From Camelus dromedarius (Eukaryota), in NCBI RefSeq assembly GCF_036321535.1, contig NC_087436.1, positions 105,774,001-105,838,000 of the forward strand: a stretch of 64,000 nucleotides of DNA. The letters run 5' to 3'. Below the pieces are notes generated by a model, which worked only from the letters and a program-made list of their open reading frames with translations, did no database searches and was not told where the DNA came from. A program made the translations under genes and the position numbers. Shown piece by piece: positions 1-13,804 of this stretch; the stretch's first letter is position 1, and every line of letters starts with the position of its first letter.

Positions 1-189
1 TGGAGAGAGGGTACTGCAAGGTGATACTGGAAGGCTGATTATGCGTAAGCACATATTTAATAAAGTGTTCAAACACAGGTTTCATTCCAGTGTGGGGATT
101 CAGTTATTCTCTTCCAATCTTTTTGTAATCTTAATGAATGTATGTAGGTGCTATGAGATCCAAGTTGTGTGTGTGTGTGCGCGCGCAAG

Positions 190-1400
190 TTTTTGTTTGG
201 AAATCATTCTAAACGCAGAAAAGTGGCAAGCATAGTAGTACAAAGAACACCCATGAGCCCTATCCCCAGACTGATCTAGTGCTAGCATTTTACCCATATG
301 CATATAATTTACGTCCTCCCTCTCATATATAAAACATATGTTATTATTTTAATTATACAACCATACTATATAATTATATAATACTTCTTCTCAACATTTG
401 AGAGTAGGTTGCCTACATCATGGCCTGTTACCCCTAATTACTTCAGTGTGTATTTCCTAACAATTGGGATATTCTTCTAAATAATCATACCACAGTTATC
501 AACTTCAGTGGATTTAACTCTAATAAAATACTTTTATCTAATGTATTTAGCGTATTCCAATTCATAATTGACCCAATAATGTCAACTGACCTAATACTCT
601 TCTTTATATCATTTCCCCCACCCAGTTCAGCCTTTCTTTGTATTTTATGTCATTGACATTTGGAAGACTATAGTACTTCTCTCTCTCTCTCCCTCTCTCG
701 CTCTCTCTTTCCCCCTCAATGGAACCTTCCTCATTTGGGCTTGGTCTGATATTTTCTCATGGGTATACTCAGGTGAGGCATTCTCAGTCAGGATACATCA
801 CTGATGCCATGTGTCCATCTCAATGAATGACATCTGGAAGCACCCACCATCCCCCTGTCCCACACGGGTGATACCAGTTTTTATCATCTAGTCGAGGTGT
901 TGTCCTGTTTCTACACTGTGTAGTTACTGTTCTTTCCCTTTCAACTGATGCCCAATCTCTGGAGAGATACCAAAGACAGTGCAAATCTCCTGTTCCTTAT
1001 GAAAAGTACCTCCTAGATTTATAATCCATCAATGATTCTTGCCTAAGCCAATCTTTATTATGATAGTAATAAAATGGTAATTTCCAACTTCAGCAACCCC
1101 TGCCCATTTACTGGTGGGGACCTCAGCATTTTGCTATAAGCAAGAGCCGTCCTTTCTCCCTTGTTTGTTTATCTACTTATTATTACAATGGATTAATCAA
1201 TTTCTATTTTTTCAATCCTTATAACTCGCTGTTTTCCTTAATTACTTGGTATTCAAATTATACCAGATTTTGCTGGTGGGAACCCTTTCAAGCAGGGCCC
1301 TCATGACATGGACTCATCGTTTTTTAAGCATTTCCTTACTCTCTAGTATTCATCAGATGTTTGAGGCTCATCTTGTACTCGCCCAGGGCAGGGATTTGTG
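190..1400 (-). mobile_element. Old L1 (L1MC-like) 3' UTR fragment
   Basis: Motifs such as cccctaattacttcagtgtgtatttcctaa and tccatcaatgattcttgcc recalled from L1MC 3' ends. Confidence 0.6.
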
Positions 1401-2314
1401 GGTGTGCTGTTCATTGGTAACTCTAGTATCTAGAATCATGCCTGATCATAATAGGTGCTCAATAAATATAAGTTGACTGTATGAATAATTCCTTAATAAA
1501 AAAAACCTCTTCAGGTACTAAGATAGATACCTGTGCTGGGCAAAAGCAGCTCCTATCTATTTAGAAGCTCAAAACCTAAATGTTAAAGTTAAGATTTAAT
1601 GGCCAAAAGCCTGTGAAAATGTTTAAACCCTGTAACCTACTAATTCTATTTCCAGAAATCATTCCTAAAAGGAATAATCTGAAATTAACATAAAATGTGA
1701 TTACACAATGATGTAAATAGAGTATTATTTGCACAAAGAAAATTTAGACATACTGTCCAGAGCTGGGGGAACAATTAAGTAAACCTATGCCCCATTCACA
1801 TGCTGTACTATAGGGCAGCCATTAAAAGTAGATTTCTGGAAATTTATTAATAATATTATAAAATGCTTTTGCTTTTATATTAGTGGAAAAGAAAAATCCC
1901 AAACTGAATATATAGTATATATGAAACATATTACAAGAACACTCAAAAGAAAATATAGAAAAAAATGTAGTAGGACTTGCCTCTGTGTGTAGGATTATGT
2001 ATTTTTCTTCCTTCTTTTTATTTTCTTTTGCATTTCCAATTTTTCTGCAATGTGCCTGCATTTCTTTTATAACTAGAAAAGTTAATTTTTTGAGAAGGAA
2101 AAATAAGTTAATGTGCCTAATGAGTAACTTAGAAAGCAGTACCTGACATGTTTGCTTTACATGTTACAAAATCAGCCCCTTGTTCTGAAAAGCACTTCTG
2201 GACAAACAAAATAGACTAGCTGAGAAAAGCTTCAAGACCTTGTCAAATGAGATCCTCTACCCAGAACAGTGCACTAGGCTCCCCCTATCTGTCAATATCT
2301 TGTCCATCCTTCAA

Positions 2315-2770
2315 GATGTCTTCGTTTGATTTCTTGCAAAAGTGGACCCTAAGACAAAGGCTTGGATGCAGGTGTCTTCCTTGAAAGAGGACAGTGATAA
2401 GGTGTGTGTTAATGAGCGGGCTACAACTGAGAGTAACCTGGGCTCAGTCTCTGGGGGGGTCATCTGAGGAACTCTGTAAAATGTGCCACAGAATTAGTCC
2501 ACCCAGGTTGGGGAAGCTGGGGTATTGATTTCTCAGCTCCTATCCCACATTGGTTGAGGGTTGCCCCGGTGGGACATTACCTCTGACACTTGCAGGGTGC
2601 CCTGCAAGTAGACAGAGCAAACTTTGATGACCCTGGAAAAAGCCTCAAGCAGAGAAGCAGAGAGCCCCTTGAAGTGAGAAGCTGGCAGGCTGTCCCCTTA
2701 GCTGCCGGTGAACTCACAGGTGGTCCCGGTATGAACTGGGGCAAGACATCAACAGCATCTGATACAGTGC
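2315..2770 (-). mobile_element. ERVL-class solo LTR (LTR16/LTR33-like)
   Basis: gaccctaagacaaaggcttggatgcaggt ... gacatcaacagcatctgataca resembles the LTR16/33 group. Confidence 0.5.
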
Positions 2771-2974
2771 CCCAGTTCTGATTTATCCTCACACCAAAGA
2801 AGACTTCAAGTCTTTAATAAAAGCATCAATCTCTTCCTTCATCAATACTTCTGTAGCCCTTTTGCTTATGATGCAGTTACTTTCTGTGTGAGCTTGGGTA
2901 CCTCTCCATGCATCAGTTTCTTTATCTGTAAAATGGAGATGATCATAGTCCCTGTGGTAAGATTACAAAAATGT

Positions 2975-3468
2975 CTGCTATACTCCTTCACCACTCTGGT
3001 ACCCATGCCTTTAAGAGAATAACTTTGCAGCATCAAGAGGTAGAGCCTAACCCCCATTCCCTGAATCTAGGTCACCCTTGTAAATTTGCTTTGGCCAAGT
3101 ACAAATGCAGCAGAATTGACTGTGTGCCAGTTTCGAGTTTCACCCTCAAAAGGTTTGTGTGCTTCCACATGCTTCTTGGCATCCCGTCTCTGTCATGAGA
3201 AGAGGCCAGAGTTAGCCTCCTGGAAGAGGAGAAACAGAGTAAAACGGAGGCCAATGATCTCACCTGAGACCTTCTCAGACCAGCTAGCCCTGGCCACCCA
3301 GATGCACACGTGAACTCAGCTGAGGTGCCTCAGCCAACAGCCAGCTGCCCCAGAAGCGGAAGCTCCCAGCCAATGCTCAGACTTGGGAGCAAAAATAAAT
3401 GTTGTCACATGCCACTGATGCTTTATGGTTGTTACCCAGCATTATTACAGTAATAGATAACTGCCACA
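2975..3468 (+). mobile_element. MaLR MLT1-type solo LTR inserted in a MIR
   Basis: Typical MLT1 end (aataaatgttg...gttacccagcatt...atagataact); MIR core on both sides (~2870-2970 and ~3475-3575). Confidence 0.65.
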
Positions 3469-4479
3469 GCACTGATTTCACTAAGGATTAAAGATGCATA
3501 TGAACACGTGCAGGATTTAGCACGGTGCCAGGACAATAATACTCTTTCCTTAAATGTTCATTATTATTGTTATGATACTATTGCACCATCACAGTGTGCC
3601 ATGTTTTCAGATTATTTATATATATGTCGGTTTCTCATACTAAGCTCAGGGCTACTGGATGATAGAAAACCAGATCCAATTCATCCTTGATGACATATTT
3701 CCCTACACTCAGGAACTCAGCTCAGTAGGGAGACAGATGTGGCAACTAGAGATAGCAAATGTCCAAAAGTGCTGAACACAGAGCTGAGCATGAAGAAGAT
3801 GCCCAATGATGATAAAATAAATAGTAAAACCCAAGCATCCCCCATGTCAGGGCATTTTTGTGCAAGGTAAGACTTACAAGGACCAGGCCACCCTCCCCTC
3901 CACCTCACAGAAGCACAGCCAAGGCAATGACGAGCTGGTGGTTCTGTAGCCGCAGCTGCCGCTCAGGCTTTCAAGCTCTCTCATCTCCAGAGACCAACCA
4001 TCACATGATAAAAAAAAAAAAAAAAAAAAACTAATTAGAGCAAGCATGATGCCCAGAATAAGCAGCCTATTAAGGAAATTTGAGTCAAATGAATGCAAAA
4101 AGACATATATTATAAATATACCTTCAACAAGTATTTGTGTGTGTGTGTGTGTTTTTCCCCCAACTTTCCTAGGGGAGTTTATTATTTCAGAAAAGTCCTG
4201 GTAAAAATCAGAATATTTTTACAATCGGCCTCCTGGTCCCCACAGAGCTCCTCTCCAGGGCCAGCAGGCTGCAGGGAGCCAGATCCCGGCAGGAACGCGC
4301 AGGCAGCACGCGCTGAGCCTGGACGGCAGGCTAACAGAGACACAGACAGATTCATCTTCATTTCACGTCTTCGACAGCCTCTCAACTGAGGTCAAGTCCA
4401 AGGCAAACCAAAGGATTTTATTAGAGGCAGGGAGAGGTGGTGGAGAGAATGTGGATTGACTTGGATTCCCTTCCCAACT

Positions 4480-4885
4480 CCATGACCCACCAGCCAGGGA
4501 CCTTGACCTAGTTACTTAATTTCCCTGAGTCTCAATTCCCTTGTCTATAAAAATAGGGATAATAAGAGTCACCTTGCTGGGCCAGTATGAAGACCGGAGA
4601 AGGCATGCCCAGTGCTGGCTCTTCCTGGCCGGCATGTAAGAGCAGGATAGCCTAATGGTTAAGCAATTGGGTAGCGAGCCAGGTGGCCCGTGTTGACTCC
4701 AGCACTGCCACTTGCTCACAGTCCTCAATCTCTCTGTGCCTCAAGTTCTATAAAATCTGTCAAGTGGGGAAAATTATCGCTAGCGCTTCAGGTTGTCAGG
4801 AGGATTAAGTGAGTTCGAATATGTAAAGTCCTTAGAACAGTATCTGGTACATGGCAAGTGCTCAGTAAGTGTTAGCTACTATTGT
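4480..4885 (+). mobile_element. Two adjacent MIR SINEs
   Basis: CORE-like ctcaattcccttgtctataaaaataggg and gtaaagtccttagaacagtatctggtacatggcaagtgctcagtaagtgttagcta. Confidence 0.7.
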
Positions 4886-5399
4886 TCTTCAAATAGAATT
4901 ATTAATAGAAATCTCCGATGACCAGAAACCTCCTAATCATCTCACTTTAGTCCAGATATCAGCTGCAATACATTAGCTCCTACGCACAAATGGCAAGAGC
5001 AGATTTAAGCAAATCATAATTCAGTGAGTCACAATTCCAGTTTATAAGCAGAGAGACACAATTCAATTTTATAGGCAGCTGGGCGGCTAATGAAGAAGCA
5101 GCCCTTAATTACCAGCACCTGACGTGGGAGACCTGTCTCATGCTCACACACCTTATTTTCCCCCACTTCTCCTCCCTCCATCCATCCATCACCCATCTAT
5201 TTCTCTGCATTTTATTTATTTCCCTGTATCCTCAGAGGGTCTGTCAGCTGTCTAGAGACCTAAATTCTGAAACTGTCCTTGCCTCTAGAACTCACACATC
5301 TCTGCTCAAAGTAAGAATGGTGCTTGACTCTCCAGGCTGGGGTTCTGAGGACAGGGCAGACAGACAGCTGGACGAATTTGGGGGAGCCAAGAAAACGGC

Positions 5400-5935
5400 C
5401 CATAGGATTTACCCAAGGGGAACAAAAACCTATGTTCATATAAAAGTCTGTATGCAGATAATTATAGTGGCTTGATTCATAAACACCCAAACCTGGAAAC
5501 AACCCAAATGTCCTTCAACTGTGAATGGATAAACAAACCTTGGTACATGCACACAATGGAATACTGTTCAGCAATGACAAAGGACAAACCACCAGTACAG
5601 GCACATCGTGGGTGCATCTCGAATGTATTAGCTGAGTAACAGAAGCCAGACTCAAAAGGCTACACAGTGTAATGTTCCATTAATATGACTTTCTGGAAAA
5701 GGCAGAAATATAGAGCCTGAAAACAGATCAGTGATTTTTAGGGCCTAGGGATACAGGAAGGGGTAAGCTTCAACGGGCTCTAGGGAATTTGAAGAAGGAA
5801 TGGAAATGCTCTGTACCTTGATTGTGGTGATTACACAGCACATTTGTTTGTCAAAACTCATAGAACTCTACACTAAAATAGGCAAATTTTACTGCATGTC
5901 AATTATTACCTCAGTAAACCTAACTTTAAATTAAA
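5400..5935 (+). mobile_element. L1MB/L1MC-like 3' end
   Basis: ggaaacaacccaaatgtccttcaac...gaagccagactcaaaaggctaca...tcaaaactcatagaact. Confidence 0.75.
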
Positions 5936-6229
5936 ATGGTCCATAGGACCATGAAGCAGCAAAAGAAAGGACATTGGCACTTTTCAAAGTCAAACAACTG
6001 TATTTTTTCCCATATTTTATTTTTTCCTTTATGCATTTCTTCACATCCTTGTTAGCCACTGAAATATGCATTTTTAAAAGTAGGGGATAATTAATCTCAT
6101 CAAATATAATAACCCTAAAATTAAAAGTTATTTCTTTTTCTCAGTGAAATTAGCCTTGCAAGAGGAGTCAGATATGAATTCCATTTGGCAAAACATGTTA
6201 AGAGCCACTATCCAGGTCAGATGATGCAT

Positions 6230-6790
6230 AGGGTGGAATGTGTGTGTTTCAGACTCTGGAGAAGAGGGGATAACATGTTTTGCCCAAATGGTTCATTTCT
6301 GACCTCAATGCACAACGACCTCAATACATAGGGGAGCTGGGTAAATTAGGGCAGACTGGAATACAGACACATGCCAGGTGGGTATTCCCTGAAAAACAGC
6401 TTTGTCCAAGTGAGAGAGTGACAACACGGTAACAATCCAAGAATTCACGTTCAGAATTCCCTCAAACTATCCAGGGTTTACCCCAAGGCCACCATGATAG
6501 AAAAACCACACGAAGGTGCTCCAGTGGACAGTCCCCGCTGAGCTGAACCTTTCATCTGACCCACCAAGCCTGCCCAGACGTGCGAGCAAAGCTGACTTGT
6601 ACCCTCCTGGCCTGCCCAGCCTCCTCCCACCAAACACTGCCAAGGGATCCTACGTGATGCCACACAGAGCGCTGTTGCTGACCCCTGCCTGAATTCCTCA
6701 TGCACAAAATCATGATATATAATAAAATGATTGCTGATTTAAGCCAATACGTTTGGGATAGTTTGTTATAAGCAATGGATAACTAGAACA
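6230..6790 (+). mobile_element. MLT1-type LTR fragment
   Basis: 3' end ttaagccaatacgtttgggatagtttgttataagcaatggataactagaaca. Confidence 0.55.
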
Positions 6791-9700
6791 CCCCACTCCC
6801 AGGCTTTTCATGCCTCCCTCTTTTCTTCTTCTTTTTGTCTCTTTTTTTTTTTTTAATTGAAATATAGTCAGTTTACAATGTCGTGTCAATTTCTTCGCAC
6901 CTCCCACTTTGAAGAGCCTCTGGGCTGACAGTGCATCTAGTCCTAACCCTGAACAGTAGAGAACTTTCCTTAAATAGCTCCATGAAATACTGGTTTATTT
7001 AAATCCACTATGTGAAGCAAGAACAGTTTTACTAGCCTCGATACGATACAAGTACACGTATTCAATAAAAAAGCACAGCCTTCAGCACACATTTCCTTGG
7101 AAAATCAATCTCTGGACCTAAGGACTATCAGATAGCTCTAAAATGTCCTGTGAACACTTGCTTGCTACTTGTTTATTTACTTGTTTGTGAACTGTTCCCT
7201 ATCAGAGAAGTAGAAGCACGTTCCAAAGATTCACGGACAATTTAAGCAAGAAAATTCTGTCCATTTACATGACTTTTTACCTCTTGGAGAAAAACATTCT
7301 TAAAATTGAGGAACAAAACATCTCTATCACAATTCACAAAACAAGGAAGAATAAACTGAGATTCGCCCCCTTCAAACCTATGTTGGTCCAAGTAAATAAC
7401 ATACATGAACATCTGTCATTAGTTACCTGCCTAGTTTGTGGTCTGCATTTTTCCACTCATTCCACAGGATTTATCGAGCACCTTATACAGACCAAGCACC
7501 CTACTGGACTCTAGGGACACAGAGATGGAGAAGAAAAAAACAGGACTGAGGAGCTTATTATAATCTGGTTGAGGACACAAACACATGAAGAACTACCTTA
7601 ACTTGTGACAATAAATGCAAATGTTTGTTAAGTTTTGATATTTCTGGAAATGAAATGTGCCTTTACAATCAATGCCAATCCTTGCTTTTCTACCTACTAG
7701 CTGCCAGGCAGAAAAGTGAACTGTCACAGCCTGGGGTAACACGAGTGAGAAGGTCCAAACACAGGAATATTTAGTGATGCACAGTGCATATATTTACCAT
7801 TTTCTCACCTTTATTTGCATTGGTGATAAAATTGTAACTAAACTTTGCATTCCTAATTGTTGCTTAAGTGCCTTCCGAAAGATTATGTTACGATGAAGCA
7901 AACAAACAAAATTGAACAAATAAAAAAATTTTTCTCTTCAACAAGCAAAGCAATTAAAGGCACTAGAAATGGGCAAGCCTCTCAGGAATATAGCTGATAG
8001 AACTTTCAAGCCTGGGAGAGATAGGTGTGAGCAACTCATGCACCATGAAGGATTATCACTCAGGCTTTAGAAGTCTCTCTGTTCAAAGCTTCCTGTCACT
8101 TAAAGAGAAACCATTTAACTTCCAGCAATATATCATTTAATTAAATGGGAACCAAGACTCTGAGTCTAACCAAATAAGAACTGAAACTGTGATAATCTTT
8201 AATAGACTTCAAGACTTAATGGTCTTGGATCTAAGGGTGCTAAAGAGTTCACTATCACCAGCAAAGATTACCAAATGATCACGATATAAACCACAATGCC
8301 ATGCAGACTGCAGGTGATGAAGTATGATTCAGAAGGACTCTTAGAGTCTCATTATGTTGAACACTTACACTCCAACTCTATAATACTAAACAAAAAAAGT
8401 AAATTGTAATTATCTGGATACATTTGACAGTTTAAAAAATTTGATGTAGATTAATAGTCTTTTTAAAAATTCATTAGTAAATAAATATGCCATCTTAAAA
8501 TCAATAGTGTCTTAAAATCAAGATGATATTATGCCATCAAATGTGTTTATGGGGAGCATGATTTAGATCTAAATATATCGTGATTATAATATATTGTCAA
8601 ATGTGCAATGTAGTCTTAATTTAAAGTATTTTGTCTGATTGTCCTCATTAGTATAATTATATTTATCAGAAAGTGTGTTACACTTGCTGATTAGGCAGGT
8701 AAGGTCACAGGTGATAGGGTAAAGGACACTGGGACATGACAAAGGGAGTGATTAATTTTCTTTGAAAGAGGAGAGGGAGGAAAATAATTGGCTTTCTGAA
8801 ATGGTGATACTTTTAAGTTTGTCTTGAAAAATAGCTAAATTTTTGTCATAGGAGTGAGGAGAGTTAACGTTAGAGGGAAATGACAAGAATGAAGCAAAAA
8901 TACTTGGTTTATTCAGGAAATTCTGAGTAGTTCAATGGCTTTAGGCTTCATGAGGGTGAAGATAGAAAAAAGCACGCTGGCTGGAGTGGCTGGGCCTTAT
9001 AAAGGGTCTTGTGTTTTACTTCATCCCTTATACAGGAGGAAATCACCACAAAAAATTTAAATAGGGAAGTCTCATGATCAAATGCATGTGTTTAAAAAAA
9101 AAAAACTGCAATAGCTATATAGAAAAAATGAACGGGAAAGAGAACAGGCTGGGAGGCAGGGAGGCTCGTTGCAGGCTGTTACAATATTCTAGGGAAGAGA
9201 TGATGAGCGCCTTAGCCATGTAGGTGGCTGTGCAAATGGCTGAGGGAAGCGACTCCCCTGGCTTTTATCCCATTGTATTCCCACACACCTCACCATAATC
9301 CGGAATTCCGTGTAGGGGGCCAAAGGAGACAGGAAGGGGAAATATGTCCCATTGCAGATAAAGATGATAAAGCAGAAAAAGCATATGAATCCAGAAATTT
9401 AGTCTTTGGAGAGAAAATTCCCTTTTTTAATTCATTTTGTTTTCCTGTAAGGGGAAAAGAAAGTTACCAGAAGTTGATTAGAATTTAGTTACTGAAGCCA
9501 TTTCCTCAGGGAAGGTATGGATGGGGGAGTGTCCTTTTTATTTCACAATTGTGTTAAGCTGCAAAGGTCCAGTCATCCTCCTGTTATATTTTGCAATGGT
9601 AAAATAATTCCTGAAGTTGTAAAAAAAAAAAAAACTAAATGCATTTACTATTAAAACATTACTATAAAAGTATTTTTAAAATATGTTAAGAAAAGGGTCA

Positions 9701-11363
9701 CCTATAACCTAAATTTTCTCATACAAGTTTTCATAATTTCACACAGTTTAAAGATAGTGAAGTATGTATGTGAACATACCCTTAACCTCTTTCTCGATGA
9801 TTTCCTCGGAATAACATTTCACGGGTGGCTTTACTAGGCTAAATGTAACCTTTTTATGGCTCACCATGCTGGTATTAGAGTGAGGCAAGTGAGGGATTCA
9901 CTTTGGGTGCAAAATTTAATGTGGCATTAAAAAAATGAGTAATCAAGAGAAACAAGATTTAAACGCAACATTTAAAAAGATCACTAATGCAAAAAAATCA
10001 ATGCAAGGAGAACCAACACCAATGCCCATAATTTCTTCCGGGAACTAGAAAAGAATGAACACTTCCCAACTCACTGTATGATGGCAGTATTATCCTGATA
10101 CCAAAACCAGACAACACAGTACAAAAAAAGAAAACTAGAAAGATCTCTCATGAACATAGATACAAAAATTTTAATAAGTATTAGCAAATAAAATTCAGCA
10201 ATATATAAAAAGAATTATACATGATGATTAAGTGGGACTATTAAATGGCTAGGGGAGAAAAATCACATTATGGTATCAACTGATGCTGAAAAAACATACG
10301 ACATAATTTGGCACCCATTTATGATAAAAAAGAACACTCCTGAAATTAGGAATATATAGGGGGACTTCCTCAATTTGATAAAGAACATCTACAAACACTA
10401 CAACTTATATCATATTTAATAGTGAAAGACATCAGGAAGATAACAATGCTGCCCACTCTTGCCACTGCTATTCACTGTAGTCCTGGAGAGTTTAGCCTGT
10501 GTAATAGAGGGAAAAAAGCAACAGCTGGAAAGGAAGAAATAAAACTGTTCCTGTTTGCAGATGACGTGATGATGTACATAAAAGAAGTCACAAAAATTCT
10601 ACAAAAATCTCCTAGAACAAATAAGCTATTTTAGCAAAGTTGCAGGATACAAGACCAGCATACCAAAATAAATTTTATTCTAGTAGAGATACTAGTAATT
10701 GTGTACCTCCTAGCAGTGAAAATGTGGAAACCAAAATTAAAAATACATCACTTATAGCTGCTCCCCCAAAATGAAATACTTAGGCGTAATTTAGCAAAAC
10801 ATGTACAAAACTTGTATACTGAAAACTACAAAATTCTGATGAAAGAAATCAAAGACAATCTAAATAAATATTGAGACTTTCCATATACATGGATCAGAAG
10901 ACTCCACATATTAAAGATGTCAATTCTCTCCAAACTGACATACAGCTTTTACGCAATTCTTAGCAAGATTTTTTGTAGGTAGACAATTCCAAAATTTATA
11001 TAGAAAGGTCAAGAAAGTAGAATACCTGAAACCATTCTGAAGAATAAGAATAAAATGGGATGAATCACTCTACTTGATTTCAAGGTTTACTGTACAGATA
11101 TAGTAATCAAGGCCGTGTGGTTTTTGGCAGATGGATAGGCATACAGATCAGTGGAAAAGTATAGAGAACCCTGATATAGCCCCACACAAGTACAGTCAAT
11201 TCATTTTTTTTTTCAGTCAACTAATTTTTGATAAAGGTCAAATGCAATCCAATAGAGGAAGGATAGACCTTTTACTAAATGGTGTTGGAGCAACTGGCTA
11301 TCCATAAGCGAAAAATAGCTCCCCCTCCCTCAAGAAAAAAAAAACCTCTCAAAAACAAAAAGT

Positions 11364-11623
11364 CAGCCCTCTGTATGTTTCTGGAAAGATGTGTGCTACC
11401 ACCTAAATGTCTGTCATTCCCCAGAAAGGGGACAGGGTACCCTCCATCTCTCGGCAACATCTCATCTCTTACTTTTGCCATTGCCTCCCCCCACCAACCT
11501 TGGTTTCATCCTATTTCTACATTTCAGATTTCTATTTTGTGTTGAACTTGCTGCTTTTTTTCATATTGAAAAAACGACATTGCCCCAAGAGCCAAAAATA
11601 ATGGGAATTGGAAAAAAAAAAAA
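11364..11623 (+). pseudogene. 5'-truncated processed retrocopy of an mRNA 3' UTR end, probably TUBB (beta-tubulin class I)
   Basis: Non-L1 insert inside the L1, ending in degenerate polyA signal aaataa + gggaattgg + A tract, flanked by aaaaagt; ttgtgttgaacttgctgc...gccccaagagccaaaaata matches my recollection of the TUBB 3' end. Confidence 0.6.
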
Positions 11624-12163
11624 GTAAAACTTGACCTGAACCTCACACATTATTTAAAATTAGCACAACATGGATCATAGAATTAAATGTAATATATAAA
11701 GCTATAAAATGTTTAATAGATCATATCGGTGAAAGTCTTCAGGACCTAGGACTTAGTGAAGAGTTCTTAGATATAACACCAAAGGCACAACCCACGAAAG
11801 AAGAAATGGATAAATGGGACTTTATCAACATTAAAATGTCCTCTGTGAGAGACCCTGTTAAAAGGATGAAAAAGCAAGCTACAGACTGGGAGAAAATATT
11901 TGCAAATCACATATTTGACAAAGGTCTCATTTCTAGACTATCCAAAGAACACTTAAAAGTCAACATTATGAAAACAAGCAATCCAAGTAGAAAGCAGGCA
12001 AAAGACACGAAGAGACATTTTACCAAAAAGGATATACAAGTGGCAAATAAGCACATGAGCAGATGTTCAACATCATTAGCCATTAGGGAAATGCAAATTA
12101 ATAGTACAATGAGATGTCACTACATACCTGTCAGACAGTTAAAATAAAAAACTGTGACAATAC

Positions 12164-12776
12164 TGCATTCGTTTACTAAACTGCCATAACAAATACCACA
12201 GACTGGGTGGCTGAAGACAACAGCAATTTATTTCTCACAGTTCTGGAGGCTAGAAGTTTGAGAACAAAGTGTCGGCAGGGCAGGGTTGATTTCATTCTGA
12301 GCCTCTCTCCTGGACTTCTGGGTAGGTGGCCGTGTGTTTTCACATGATTTTTTCTCTGTATTTGTTTAGTCCTAATCTCTCTTTTTTCCCCTGCACTTTT
12401 TTATTTTTATTTTTTATTGAAGTATAGTCAGTTTACAATGTTGTGTCAATTTCTGGTGTACAGCATGATGTTTAAGTCATACATATACATACATACATTC
12501 CTTTTCATATTCTTTTTCATTATAGGTTGCTACAAGATACTGAATATAGTTTCCTGCGTTATACAGTAGAAACTTTGTTTATCTATTTTATATACAGTAG
12601 TTAGAATCTGCAAAAAGAGACCAGTCTTACTGGATGACGGTCCACACACCAATGACCTCATTTAACCTTAATTATCTCTTTAAAGATCCTATCTCCAAAT
12701 ACAGTCACATTCTGATGTACTGGGGGTTAGGGCTTCAACATACAAATTTAGGGAAGACATTATTCAGCCCATAACA
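12164..12776 (-). mobile_element. MLT1A/B-like solo LTR nested in the L1
   Basis: TG...CA ends; 5-bp TSD aatac/aacac; ctgccataacaaataccacagactgggtggc and attcagcccataaca. Confidence 0.85.
12385..12612 (-). mobile_element. Young lineage L1 3' end nested in the MLT1
   Basis: T-rich tail followed by tattgaagtatagtcagtttacaatgttgtgtc, similar to the young L1 at 24.5-25.8 kb. Confidence 0.8.
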
Positions 12777-13804
12777 AACACTAAATGCCAGAGAGGATGC
12801 AAAGAAACTGGATTACTCACATATTGCTGGTGGGGATGTAAAATGGTACAGCCACTTAGGAAAACAGTTTGTTAGTTTCTTAAAAATTAAACATACACTT
12901 ATGATATAACAAAGCAATTGTACTCTGGGGTTTTTATTTTAGAGAAATGAATACTTACATCTTCACAAATGCTGGGACATGATTTTTCACAGCAATACTA
13001 ATTGTAATAACAAAAAACTGGAAACAACTACAATTTCCCTCAATAGGTGAACCCCTGAACAAATAGTATGGTAACATCCTTGCTATGGAATGCTACTCCA
13101 CAATGGAAAAAACTACTGATGCACACAACAATTCGGATGAATTTTAAAAGGTCATTATGTTAAATTAAAAAACCCAGTCTCAAAAGGTCACATATTGTAT
13201 GAGTCCATTTATATTTATATTCCATTCCATTCTTAAAACAACAAAATTACAGATGTGGAAATTAGACTAGTTTTTGCTAGAAAGTAAGGATGGGGCAGAG
13301 GAAGGAATGAGTGTGACTGTAAAAGACAGGAGGGAGATCTTGCAGGGGATGGGATCATTCAGCATCTTGATTGTAGTGGTAGTTACATGTGTCTACACAT
13401 GCTGTAAGATGACAGGACAATACAAACTCATTGTACTGACGTCAAATTCCTGGTTTTGACATTGTACTATGGTAATATGACATGTAACCATTGTGGGAAA
13501 CTAAGTAAAGGATACACAGATTCTCTCTGTACTATCTTTGTTAATTTCCTGTGAATGCATAATTATTTCAAAACAAAAAAAATTTTTTTAAAACAATCAA
13601 TGATTAATAAAAAACCAAAATTTTAAATAAAGACAGAATGCAAGGGGACCAGTATTAGGGGAGGTGAGGGAGGCAAGTCATGTAATTGCAGGGCTTGATT
13701 TAAATTTTTGGTATTTCATTTATCATAGGCTTTTTTTTTTTAACATCATGGACTTTTTTTTTTTTTTTACATTAACTTTGATTTTTTTAAAAATAGGTGC
13801 ATTC

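Larger units (their letters stand above)
10004..13594 (+). mobile_element. Decayed L1 (L1MB/MC-like), ORF2 RT region to 3' UTR
   Basis: ORF2 remnants LFADD (ORF 10422) and KQATDWEKIFANH...LAIREMQI (ORF 11806); L1M 3' UTR ending aattatttcaaaa. Confidence 0.9.
9866..13760. mobile_element. MER96B-like hAT relic split by an L1 (arms ~9866-10003 and ~13595-13760)
   Basis: ggtattagagtgaggcaagtgag...gcaaaatttaa in the left arm; right arm continues aaaattttaaataaagacag and repeats gtattaggggaggtgagggaggc; aatcaatg duplicated at 9996-10003 and 13595-13602. Confidence 0.6.

Noticed and set aside
7625..8530. Possible ancient Tigger-type DNA transposon
   Set aside because: Only faint TIR-like similarity; boundaries and family cannot be supported by eye
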